Source: an uncultured bacterium
GTDB lineage: Bacteria > Latescibacterota > UBA2968
NCBI GenBank assembly: GCA_964471275.1
Contig: CAYYGZ010000018.1
Location: 1 to 32,557 of the forward strand
Length of the DNA: 32,557 bases
Direction: 5' to 3'
Below are positions 1 through 8,662 of this stretch, one piece after another (position 1 is the stretch's first letter; each line of letters opens with the position of its first letter). The translations under genes and the position numbers were made by a program. Below the pieces are notes generated by a model. That model saw nothing but the letters and a program-made list of their open reading frames with translations, was not told where the DNA came from and made no database searches.

Positions 1-408
1 CTCGATTTTCGCGGTTTCCTCATCGGAGAAGTCCGCTGCTTCTTTGATCTCGTTGTAGGTGCTGATGTACGGCTCGGGCTCGAACATCCAGCCGAGGGTC
101 GGAAAGTCCGCGTTGCGGAGGGTAATGTCCTCCGATTCCTGGAAAGTCTTGAGGGTGTGGTATACGTCATACACGTCAAGCAGATAGCGCTTTGCCCGGT
201 CCAGATAGCATACTGCACCTGTCTGTCTGTGACGCATTGCCTCGGCCGGTGCGACGGTCCCGACAAACTGGAAGGTGTTCTGAAGCCTCCCCTGATCGCG
301 CAATGCTGCTTTGCCCTCTTCAATTGCCCGGTGCCGGAGGACGTTATAATCCTGCCAGATCAAGTCCGCAACCTGGTAGGCATAGTTCAGATAGATCTGC
401 CGGTTCAT
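1..408 (-). CDS. Hypothetical protein, 5' part only (runs off the window)
   Basis: Manual translation from ATG at 408: MNRQIYLNYAYQVADLIWQDYNVLRHRAIEEGK...FSDEETAKIE, open to position 1. AGAGGA SD-like motif upstream. Not in the ORF track because there is no stop in the window. Confidence 0.75.
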   Translation of the reverse strand, partial: MNRQIYLNYAYQVADLIWQDYNVLRHRAIEEGKAALRDQGRLQNTFQFVGTVAPAEAMRHRQTGAVCYLDRAKRYLLDVYDVYHTLKTFQESEDITLRNADFPTLGWMFEPEPYISTYNEIKEAADFSDEETAKIE

Positions 409-576
409 TCATTTCCTCTGAGTATTGTCACGTCTACTTGATCAGGTTGAGCCGCAGGCACGCTGCCATCTGTGCCCTGAACGCCAGCACGACACTTAAC
501 ATTGAATCAGATCCCGGACCACGCGCTGCTACGCGTTGTGCCGGTGCCATTGTGGCAGGGATCGGGTAAGGAGCAG

Positions 577-2538
577 TCAATCACGATTCGAGCCTCTACG
601 CGCTGCCCACCGATAGCCTCTTTTTCCCTTTGCGCGATTCCTGCTCTTCGCGTTGTCTCTTGCTTTTCCCTTCGTCATACGAGCACCCCTAGGAGGATTT
701 GCCGGTATCAGGCATTCTGGACCTTTCCCGATCAGATCCTCCCTCCCGATCTTTTCCAGCGACCGGCGGACGCTCCAGTAATTCTCCGGCATGAAGAATT
801 GGAGCAGCGCTCGCTGCGGCGCCCGGGCGCTTGGATTTCGGGCAACCTTCACCGGCTTCATCGTGGTGGGATCGATCCCCGTGTAAAACATGCACGTCGC
901 GATGTCCATCGGCACTGGAATGAAGTCCTGCACTTGCTTGGGTCTGTAACCGTTCCTCTTCAGAAACTGGGCAAGCTCTACCATCTCTTCGAGACCGGAA
1001 CCCGGGTGGCTTGCGATGAAGTAAGGAACGAGATACTGGTCCTTGCCCGCTTTGCGAGATGCCTTCTTGAAGCGCTTTCCAAACTCTTCGAAAGTGTGCT
1101 GTGCGGGCTTCTTCATCAACGCGAGTACCGAATCACTGACGTGCTCGGGAGCCACCTTGAGATGGCCTCCCACGTGATGCTCGGCCAGGTCCTTCATATA
1201 CTCGGGGGACTCTCGCGCGAGATCCATTCGGATTCCGGAGGCGATATTAATCCTCTTGATCCTTGGGACTGTACGCGTCTCGCGCATCAGTTTTACGAGC
1301 GGCCCGTGGTCGGTATCGAGCAGCTTGCAAACCTTCGGGTCGACGCAGGATAGCCGCCGGCAGACCGCCTCGGCCTCTGGTTTACTGCAGCGCATGCGAT
1401 ACATGTTCGCCGTCGGTCCACCGAGGTCGCTCACGTGCCCCTTGAAGTCCGGGTTCTTCGCAAGGCCCTGGACCTCCTTCACGACCGATGCGTGGCTGCG
1501 GCTCTGGATCGCTCTGCCCTGGTGAAGGGTGATCGAGCAGAACGTGCAGCCGCCAAAACACCCGCGCATGATCTGCACCGAGTCTTTGATCGTTTGCCAG
1601 GCCGGGATCGGTCCGATCGCATCGTAGCTCGGGTGCGGTTTGCGGGTGTAGGGGAGATCGTGGACTGCGTCCATCATCGCCTCACTGAGCGGCAGCGGAG
1701 GCGGGTTGATGACGGCCAACCGGTCACCGTGCATCTGCACGAGACGGCGGGCGTTTAGGGGATTCGTCTCCTGATGGAGTCGTCGGGTGGCCCGCGCAAA
1801 AGCCTCGGTGCTGGCCGTCACCTCTTCGTAGCTGGGCAGGGCAATGGTTTCTGAGTCACACGATGCATCATCAAACCGATGATCGGGAAGTGTCTCCTTC
1901 ATGCCGAGCAGATATGCGACGCCGCGCAGGTCTCGTAAGTCACGCACGGCCTCACCCGCAGCCAACCGCTGGGTAATCGTGAGCAGAGTGTTCTCCCCGG
2001 AGCCGAAGGCAATCAGATCGGCCTTGGAACTCACGAGACTGCTCTGCATCACCTTGTCGGACCAGTAGTCGTAGTGGGCTGCCCTGCGCAGCGAAGCCTC
2101 GACTCCGCCAGCGACGACGGGGATTCCCTTGAAGGCCTCTCGACACCGCTGCGAATAGACGGCATTTGCGCGATCGGGGCGCGTGTTGATCGCACCGTTC
2201 GGTGAGTAGGCGTCCGCATTGCGCCTCTTCCGGTTCGCGGTGTAGTGATTGATCATCGAATCCATTGCGCCGGCACTCACGGCGTAGAAGAGTCTGGGAG
2301 GACCGAGCGCTCGCCACGCCGAAATACTCTTCCAATCCGGCTGCGCGAGAATGGCAACACGGAACCCGTGCTTCTCGAGCCAGCGTCCCAGAATCGCAGC
2401 CGCAAAAGACGGGTGGTCGACATACGCATCCCCGGAAACGAATACGACGTCGGGTTGCTCCCAACCGAGCGTATCCATCTGCTCGCGGCTCGTCGGGAGG
2501 AAACGGTCCATTGCCATAGTTGAGACGCGATTCTTCAA
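577..2538 (-). CDS. ygiQ: YgiQ family (UPF0313) radical SAM protein
   Basis: [30 protein letters not shown] (CxxxCxxC), [33 protein letters not shown] motifs. The true start may be the ATG at 2517. Confidence 0.93.
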   Translation of the reverse strand: MKNRVSTMAMDRFLPTSREQMDTLGWEQPDVVFVSGDAYVDHPSFAAAILGRWLEKHGFRVAILAQPDWKSISAWRALGPPRLFYAVSAGAMDSMINHYTANRKRRNADAYSPNGAINTRPDRANAVYSQRCREAFKGIPVVAGGVEASLRRAAHYDYWSDKVMQSSLVSSKADLIAFGSGENTLLTITQRLAAGEAVRDLRDLRGVAYLLGMKETLPDHRFDDASCDSETIALPSYEEVTASTEAFARATRRLHQETNPLNARRLVQMHGDRLAVINPPPLPLSEAMMDAVHDLPYTRKPHPSYDAIGPIPAWQTIKDSVQIMRGCFGGCTFCSITLHQGRAIQSRSHASVVKEVQGLAKNPDFKGHVSDLGGPTANMYRMRCSKPEAEAVCRRLSCVDPKVCKLLDTDHGPLVKLMRETRTVPRIKRINIASGIRMDLARESPEYMKDLAEHHVGGHLKVAPEHVSDSVLALMKKPAQHTFEEFGKRFKKASRKAGKDQYLVPYFIASHPGSGLEEMVELAQFLKRNGYRPKQVQDFIPVPMDIATCMFYTGIDPTTMKPVKVARNPSARAPQRALLQFFMPENYWSVRRSLEKIGREDLIGKGPECLIPANPPRGARMTKGKARDNAKSRNRAKGKRGYRWAARRGSNRD

Positions 2539-3029
2539 TCTTGCCCTCCTGCGCCAAACGCTCCGGATCAGGCGTTCGGCAAGCGGTTTTCGGGGGTGGA
2601 TTCGTGTAAAGGGTGAGTTCAGGCAAGTTGCCTGATTTACCGCCAGTTACTCGCGAGGCATACAGATCCAAACGACGAGTGCTTCTCCATTCGATTGGCT
2701 GGCGCATCCAGCCTCAAGCACGCAGGTTACTACATGTTCGGACTCGTGCGAATCTGTGTTCCGGCCCAATCCGGATGTCCTTGCCTCAGGAGCAGGAACG
2801 CCCCTTATTCTTCCTCTTCGTCGACTGATGAAGTTAACGAAGTCGGTCTGGGAAGGGCCACCTTTCTGGCACTGGTTTGGCACTTACAGGCGCAGCGAGC
2901 GTGAAGCCGGCGTCTGCCGGTTTGGCTGCCAGGTTCTGGAGCCCCCACAGCGTCAGGTGTCCGTAGCCGAGGGTTATCCTCGGGTCCTCCAGGTACGCGG
3001 ATTCGTCTCGGAGGCGTTTCTGCCCAGGG

Positions 3030-3180
3030 TCATTCTTCGGTCTTCAGATAATTGTCAATCCAGTGAACGGCCCGCGTGTAGATCTCGCGGATATCTCAAT
3101 CAGCACCCTTAAATCCGGGACCGTGTCCGCCCTTCTTGACCTCCTCCTTGTCTGCGTCCACCTGCTTGCACGCATTTCCC
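3030..3180 (-). pseudogene. C-terminal relic of a probable alpha/beta-hydrolase (esterase-like)
   Basis: The integrase-ORF frame continues KQVDADKEEVKKGGHGPGFKGAD*DIREIYTRAVHWIDNYLKTEE*. This resembles a GxHG catalytic-His loop plus the terminal helix of such hydrolases. Internal TGA at 3096-3098. Confidence 0.45.
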
Positions 3181-3199
3181 GTGTCAATGTGACGAGACG

Positions 3200-3625
3200 C
3201 GATTGCGCTTCGACAGGTGCTAATCTCTGTTGTCTTGGGACTGCTGTGCCCTGGAAGTTTCTGAATGTAACGAAGGTCTGTTCCTGATTCGAGAAGATGA
3301 GTAGCAAACGAGTAGTGAAGTGTGTGTGCCGATGCCGCCTTCCTGATACCAACCTTCACGTAAGCCCGCGCGAAAACCTTCAGCACGGATCTTTTGTGGA
3401 GAGGGGTCCCTGGTCGTGCGTCTGGAAAAAGCCAGGTCCGAATTCGATAGTTGGCAAGGTAGATCCGTAGAGCTTCCAAAGCAAAGTCGGAGAGGAGTGT
3501 CTGCCTGTCCGACTTTGCTTTTTCGAACAGGATGAGCCGACGTTCCACACAATGTCCTCTCTTTTCAGCCGCACGATCTCACCGACCCGTAAGCCTGCCG
3601 AATAGGTGAACTGGACTAGTAGTCG
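3200..3625 (-). pseudogene. Degraded tyrosine recombinase (XerA/integron-integrase-like catalytic domain)
   Basis: Box I RLLVQFTYSAGLRVGEIVRLKREDI lies in one frame. After a frameshift near 3550, ERRLIL...HTLHYSFATHLLESGTDLRYIQKLPGHSSPKTTEIS lies in another. HTLRHS has become HTLHYS, the catalytic Tyr (TEIYT) is lost, and there is no N-terminal domain. Confidence 0.88.
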
Positions 3626-3934
3626 ATCGGGATCGGAACGATAGACCAGAATCGGGTCGAACGGTCCTGGTGGATTAGCCATGATGCCCTCATTATGTTG
3701 CGGCTACATTGAACAATGCTGGACAGATTGCTAAGCAGTAGGCTGCTGAGGATGTCGCGTCAAGATGCGTTACGGATAGGGGAGTCGGAGCAGGACGAGT
3801 TACGCGATCGATGGGTAAGATCAGCCTCCAGAATCGAGCCGGTTCGGATCTTGGCTCATCCTGAAGATGATATGCAGGGAAACGGAGCCGCAGAGTTTTT
3901 TCGCGTCATCTGACACAGGGAGATTCGTTCACAG

Positions 3935-4786
3935 TTGAGCAAGCTCGATCCTACAGAAAGGTCGCCAATCACTGAGGCCGATGTTGCCGTGACGACCTCG
4001 CTGTCGGCCGGCCCCGAATTTATAGAACGAGCTGAGCAGCTGGCCTCAGAGCTCGAGTGCCCATACTGCGACCGTGATGATGACACGCTCGATGAGATAA
4101 GGGCTTCGACCTCGCGATCAAATCTGATTGTGCTCACCCACGATGAAGTGCGTCTGGTCACCGCTTCCGGTTCCTTCTGGTTTCACCCGAATATGGCCCG
4201 TTCCCGGATCGAGGCGATGCTGCGGGGGGGGGCTGACCGGTTGGCGAACTTTATGGGACTGCAGGCCGGTGACCGGGTCCTTGATGCCACCTGCGGGTTG
4301 GGGGCTGACGCAATCGTGGCTGCCTATGTCGTGGGGCCTTCGGGGTTCGTGCAAGCAGTTGAACGGTCGCCAGTATTGAGCACTGTTGTCCGCCACGGCA
4401 TGCAGACGTATCAGCACAGGAGACCGGAGATTGTCGAGGCCATGCGCCGCGTAGAGGTTACGACGGGTGACGCGTCTGCCTTTCTCTGTACGCAATCTGA
4501 CTGCTCGTGGGACGTGGTTTACTTCGATCCCATGTTCGAGGCTACACTCGATCGGTCACAGGGGCTGGATGTCGTCCGCCAACTCGCGTGTCTGGAAACC
4601 ACATCGTCGGGACAGATTCTGGAGGCGAGCCGGGTGGCGCGCAGGTGTGTGGTGATGAAAGACAGGGCACCCGGAAGGAAGCTGTACGATCTGGGTTTCG
4701 AGATCGTATCACATAAGGGGATGATCTGTTACGGCAGGAGGGACAAGCAGAAATCTCATTCATCAGGAGACGGCAGGGAGCCATGA
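3935..4786 (+). CDS. Class I SAM-dependent methyltransferase, RsmJ/YhiQ-like
   Basis: FWFHPNMA, VLDATCGLGADA (motif I), DVVYFDPMF, ARRCVVMK. TTG start with GGGAG upstream. Confidence 0.85.
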   Translation: MSKLDPTERSPITEADVAVTTSLSAGPEFIERAEQLASELECPYCDRDDDTLDEIRASTSRSNLIVLTHDEVRLVTASGSFWFHPNMARSRIEAMLRGGADRLANFMGLQAGDRVLDATCGLGADAIVAAYVVGPSGFVQAVERSPVLSTVVRHGMQTYQHRRPEIVEAMRRVEVTTGDASAFLCTQSDCSWDVVYFDPMFEATLDRSQGLDVVRQLACLETTSSGQILEASRVARRCVVMKDRAPGRKLYDLGFEIVSHKGMICYGRRDKQKSHSSGDGREP

Positions 4787-4992
4787 AGCCAAACGCCCTT
4801 TTTGTCATGACCGACAACTAGGGGGCCTGGTCGCTCGGATGCTACGGCAATCCGGATATCCGCACGCCCCACATTGATCGGCTGGCCGCAAGCGGGACGC
4901 GATTTGCGAACGCCTACTGTGTGAATTCGGTCTGCTCCCCGAGCCGCGCCGCCTACATGACCGGGCTGCTCCCGTCGCAGCACGGCGTGCAC
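4783..4992 (+). pseudogene. Truncated sulfatase (N-terminus only, in-frame amber stop)
   Basis: ATG overlaps the upstream stop. MKPNALFVMTDN*GAWSLGCYGNPDIRTPHIDRLAASGTRFANAYCVNSVCSPSRAAYMTGLLPSQHGVH contains the CxPxR...TG formylglycine motif. TAG at 4819-4821. Similarity ends at about 4992. Confidence 0.9.
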
Positions 4993-5116
4993 GTGATTGA
5001 TCGTTGCGTGCGTAAGGATACGCAAATCAGCCATTCCCCGCACGTTGATGATGGGTCAGTTGATGTGGACGGCGAGAATGGGCTGGCGGCCGGAGGGAGG
5101 GAGCCGTCGAGGGCGT

Positions 5117-5380
5117 CTATTTTCGCGCCATGCCCTTTGTGTAGATCTTGCCCTGGATGATCTTGTGGGCGGGCTGGCCCGGCAGGTTCATCGGTCGCGC
5201 AAACTGCTGCCCGCAGTGGTGACAGGTCAGGTCGCCGGTCGTGTGATCTTCGGCAATGCGGTCGACAATACACTTCACCAATCCGCCGCGACCGCCTTTG
5301 CGGTAGCGATAAAGGAGCGTGCGACACTTTGCACAGTGGATCGCTATCGTCCGACGGTTCACTTTCTCTTGTCGCGCCAT
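5117..5380 (-). CDS. Small basic zinc-ribbon-like protein (CxxC...CxxC)
   Basis: HCAKCRTLLYRYRKGGRGGLVKC...TCHHCGQQFAR. Start at ATG 5380 or 5389. Confidence 0.75.
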   Translation of the reverse strand: MARQEKVNRRTIAIHCAKCRTLLYRYRKGGRGGLVKCIVDRIAEDHTTGDLTCHHCGQQFARPMNLPGQPAHKIIQGKIYTKGMARK

Positions 5381-5457
5381 GGGGTTCATTTTCCGTATCT
5401 GTGCATCAGGTTCCGGAAGATATCCTTAGGTTTGATCGCTTGCAAACGAGCTTTGTG

Positions 5458-5913
5458 CTAGGTGAGGTCGACCGTGTAGACGGGTAGGGTACGGCCCGGG
5501 ATACTGGAGGGCATGTCTTCGGTCTTCCGGCAGCCCACGCGATCATAGAAACCGGCGGCGTTCGAGTCGCTCAGGATCGTCATACGGAGGCAGCCGGAGC
5601 AGGCTGCCGTACGACGTGCGTGATCGAACAGGTGTCTGCCGATTTCCAGACCGAAGTACGCGGGATCCACAAAGATGTGTTCGAGCTTAACGCTTGTGCG
5701 GTCGATCGGTTTCAGCGAATAGTAGCCAAGAAGGGAGAGCTCGTCGTTCTGAATCGCATACACGCGTCGTGAGGCCAGCGAGCCTTCTGACCAAGTTAAT
5801 TCTGCTCTGAATACGGCCATCTGATCGTTGGAATAGCCCCATGATGCTTTTGAGCGGATACCCAGGTCTGTCAGGTTCTCGAGATCCTCTGTAGTTGTTC
5901 TTCGGGTTGTCAT
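5458..5913 (-). CDS. GNAT family N-acetyltransferase
   Basis: LEHIFVDPAYFGLEIGRHLF (motif A) and SDSNAAGFYDRVG (motif B). GGAGG SD before ATG 5913. Confidence 0.88.
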   Translation of the reverse strand: MTTRRTTTEDLENLTDLGIRSKASWGYSNDQMAVFRAELTWSEGSLASRRVYAIQNDELSLLGYYSLKPIDRTSVKLEHIFVDPAYFGLEIGRHLFDHARRTAACSGCLRMTILSDSNAAGFYDRVGCRKTEDMPSSIPGRTLPVYTVDLT

Positions 5914-6056
5914 TGGGATTCCTCCAGTGGTTCGATCGGCACTCGGTGGGACCACACGAGTGATTCCGGGGTTTCGAACCGGTGAAGCCTTGACCTGTCC
6001 CGAACCTATGGTATTTTTCTGTCCAACCATATTGAAATCTGCGAGGAGATAACAGG

Positions 6057-7043
6057 ATGTCTGGTGAGATCAGGCACGCCGAAACGATCAGACGCATGAC
6101 GGATGCTGCAGGTCTGTTTCTCTCATCCCTTTCTGCGGCACAGCGTGCTGGTGCGTCACTGGATTTTGGCGACGAAGCGGAACGACAGAACTGGCATTAC
6201 ACACCGGTCGACCGCAAGGGGCTGATGCTCAAGGATATGGATACGGCACAGAGCGACCTTGCCCACCGGCTTCTGGCGACGGGGCTGAGCGGCGTGGGAG
6301 TGCATAAGGCCAGAGCCATCATCGCGCTTGAGCCGATTCTCTGTGAGATAGAGGGCCCCGGGTCAAAATGGAAGCGAGACCCCGCCCGGTACTATGTCAG
6401 CGTTTTCGGTACACCCGGCGATACTGATGGTTGGGGATGGCGTTTCGAGGGGCACCACGTCTCCGTGAATTACACCGTCATCAATGGTGAACTGATAGGT
6501 CCCACACCCGTCTTTTTCGGATCGAACCCGGCGAAAGTCCTGCACGGGGAGCACGAAGGGATCAGGGCTCTGCGCGAGGAGGAAGATGTCGCACGTGCCT
6601 TGTTGGTATCCCTCGATGGGGACCAGAAAGGCATCGCGATTGTCAGCGACGTGGCGCCGAGTGACATCCTGACAAGGAATCTGTCCACGGTAGGGGAGGA
6701 GCTGGCAGGGGAACCGGAAGGGCTGAGCGGCGGTGAAATGACGGAGAGCCAACGGACGACCGTGTGGGATCTGATCGAAGTCTACGTGCGAAGACTACCC
6801 GACGCGATCGCCGACCAGGAAATAGCACGCGTGCGAACCGGCGATCCTGCTGACATCCGCTTCGCCTGGGCAGGTTCGGCGGATCCTGGATCGGAGCACT
6901 ACTACCGGCTGATAGGTCCCACCTTCCTCGCAGAATATGACTGCACACAGAACGATGCCAACCATATCCACGCCGTGTGGCGGAATCCGGGCAACGACTT
7001 CGGCGGCGACATCCTGAAGCGGCACTACGCTCAATTACACTGA
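6057..7043 (+). CDS. DUF3500 domain protein
   Basis: WHYTP, YYVSVFGTP, WGWRFEGHHVSVN, FFGSNP, FAWAG, HYYR, EYD...NHIHAVWR...NDFG motifs. Confidence 0.9.
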   Translation: MSGEIRHAETIRRMTDAAGLFLSSLSAAQRAGASLDFGDEAERQNWHYTPVDRKGLMLKDMDTAQSDLAHRLLATGLSGVGVHKARAIIALEPILCEIEGPGSKWKRDPARYYVSVFGTPGDTDGWGWRFEGHHVSVNYTVINGELIGPTPVFFGSNPAKVLHGEHEGIRALREEEDVARALLVSLDGDQKGIAIVSDVAPSDILTRNLSTVGEELAGEPEGLSGGEMTESQRTTVWDLIEVYVRRLPDAIADQEIARVRTGDPADIRFAWAGSADPGSEHYYRLIGPTFLAEYDCTQNDANHIHAVWRNPGNDFGGDILKRHYAQLH

Positions 7044-7229
7044 TGGATGGTGACGAGCACATTACTTAGATTCAGGAAGCAAATGTGCGTTGGATCGAAA
7101 CACGGGTCGGGGGTTCTACCTGAGAACTCACGGAACAGGTTACCCACATACCTGCGCCCTGGACTGTGATGCAAACTGGCGCCGGTTCTTGGTGATCTTC
7201 GAAAATGTTCAGAGTAGAAACGGGGAAGT

Positions 7230-7577
7230 GTGAAGGCGATAAGAATTCTGCTTGCGGATGATGAGCCCAGCGTGCGACGGCTCTACAGACAGATGCTTAA
7301 GGGGAACAGCTTCGAGGTCGAAGAGGCTTCGGATGGTCAGGAGGCGCTCGATCGGGTCAGCACGGGAGCGTATGATCTGATGGCTCTGGATCTGAATATG
7401 CTGCGGCTCGATGGGTTCGAAGTGATGATTAGGATGAAGGAGGCCGGGAAGTCGACGCCGGTTATCGTGATGACTGGCATCGACTTCCCGGAAGAGGTGG
7501 TGGCAGATCGGCTGGAAGGACTGAGTGTGGTCGAGGTAATCCGGAAGCCGGTGATGATCACCGCCCTGCTGAATTGA
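7230..7577 (+). CDS. Single-domain response regulator receiver (CheY-like)
   Basis: ILLADDE, ALDLNM (phospho-Asp), VMTG, IRKP. The last helix is short. Confidence 0.8.
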   Translation: MKAIRILLADDEPSVRRLYRQMLKGNSFEVEEASDGQEALDRVSTGAYDLMALDLNMLRLDGFEVMIRMKEAGKSTPVIVMTGIDFPEEVVADRLEGLSVVEVIRKPVMITALLN

Positions 7578-7600
7578 GTAAAACGTGTGACAGGCTGACG

Positions 7601-8290
7601 CTAGTCGGCCGGATCGAAGCGGTAGCCCACACCGCGCAGTGTCGTGATACAGGACCCCATCACACCCAGTTTCGATCGCAACCGTCGGATATGTACGTCC
7701 ACGGTTCGCATTCCACCGTAGTAATCATACCCCCAGATGCTGTCCAGCAGTTCGGCGCGTGTGAAGACACGTCCGCTGTGTGTGACCAGATGCTTCAGGA
7801 GCTCATACTCTTTTAGGGTCACCGTCACAGGTGTCCCGCCGATTCGGACCTCGTATCGGCGCGTGTTGATGACCAGATTCTGGACCTTGATCGTGTTCGA
7901 GTCTGCCGGTCGGTCCTGATTCCAGAGTGCCAGACGTAGCCGCGCCTCGATCTCCCTGAGGGAGTAGGGCTTGACGACGAAGTCGGAAATGCCGAGCGAG
8001 AAATCCAGAACAAGCGCATCCTTCTCCTCGGCAAGCACGATCAAGGGTACTTTGGTGCCTGGGATCGATTTCCTGACAGCGGTAACGACTCCGTGCACGG
8101 CGTTCCCGGGACATTCGACGATCACGGATTCCGGTGTCTCCAGGAGTCGCGGGACATCTGAGAGATGGCCAGCATCGCTCAGAATCTGGTGAGTTACGAG
8201 GTAGCCGAGGAATTCGAGATCCGATTTGAGTCGGACGCCGTGCTGCTCGTTGGCGAGAAGGAAGATCGTGGGAGACGGTTCGGTCGACAT
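7601..8290 (-). CDS. OmpR-family winged-helix regulator with atypical receiver, GlnR-like
   Basis: TLKEYELLKHLVTHSGRVFTRAELLDSIWGYDYYGGMRTVDVHIRRLRSKLG...RGVGYRF. The receiver lacks the acidic pocket and has VIVE at the phospho-Asp position. Confidence 0.88.
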   Translation of the reverse strand: MSTEPSPTIFLLANEQHGVRLKSDLEFLGYLVTHQILSDAGHLSDVPRLLETPESVIVECPGNAVHGVVTAVRKSIPGTKVPLIVLAEEKDALVLDFSLGISDFVVKPYSLREIEARLRLALWNQDRPADSNTIKVQNLVINTRRYEVRIGGTPVTVTLKEYELLKHLVTHSGRVFTRAELLDSIWGYDYYGGMRTVDVHIRRLRSKLGVMGSCITTLRGVGYRFDPAD

Positions 8291-8359
8291 AGAGGCCCGG
8301 GAAGTCCTGGGTGATACCCGTGGAGAGACCAGAGAGCGAATTCACGTAAACGAGTGTGA

Positions 8360-8387
8360 AATATAGACCTTGGGAAAGCTCTGTCAA
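8360..8387 (-). promoter_or_regulatory. Sigma70-type promoter for the GlnR-like gene
   Basis: TTGACA (8387-8382), 16-nt spacer, TATATT (8365-8360). Confidence 0.6.
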
Positions 8388-8421
8388 GATACTGGGAGGC
8401 CCCCTGAGATGATCGCAGGAG

Positions 8422-8461
8422 AAAAATAAAAGGGCCGGAGGCGGTATTGCCTCCGGCCCTT
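8422..8461 (-). terminator. Rho-independent terminator with no CDS upstream on its strand
   Basis: Perfect stem AAGGGCCGGAGGC/GCCTCCGGCCCTT (8430-8461), 6-nt loop, followed by a T-rich tract (TTTTATTTTT) on the minus strand. Confidence 0.8.
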
Positions 8462-8662
8462 CTGTCCGTCACACCACTAATATAGCCAATCCGATCCATC
8501 GTATAAAAGTTATAAACTGTTGTTTTTGTAGGGCTTGTGTGCAGTTCGTACTTGTCGGTTGGGTTGTTGTGGCCTACATTGTTTAGACTTCAGGTCCCGG
8601 CATCCTGGGATAATTACTCAGGATGCGGGTTACCTCACAACCAGCCAATACTGGAGGGTTTG

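Noticed and set aside
502..1353. Long antisense ORFs (e.g. 502-1353, 8630-9466, 15169-16026, 23376-24284, 28409-29269)
   Set aside because: They are shadow ORFs opposite well-supported genes and carry no recognisable motifs.
3096..3098. Selenocysteine TGA in the hydrolase-like tail
   Set aside because: It is not at a Cys-equivalent position and lies in a multiply mutated relic.
3716..3913. 65-aa ORF upstream of the methyltransferase
   Set aside because: No SD, motif or family resemblance, so it cannot be supported.
4224..4232. G9 tract as a phase-variation switch in the methyltransferase (also a G run at the end of the TPR gene)
   Set aside because: Both are in frame, encode Gly-rich stretches and are expected at this GC content. 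No evidence of length variation is available.
4819..4821. Pyrrolysine or amber readthrough in the sulfatase
   Set aside because: The gene is also 3'-truncated, TAG serves as a normal stop for many genes here, and a CAG-to-TAG mutation is the simpler explanation.
2540..6056. Integron with a cassette array (integrase relic plus small GNAT and zinc-ribbon genes)
   Set aside because: No attC with RYYYAAC/GTTRRRY cores or repeated sites was found, the integrase lacks a visible IntI-specific insertion, and housekeeping-type genes intervene.
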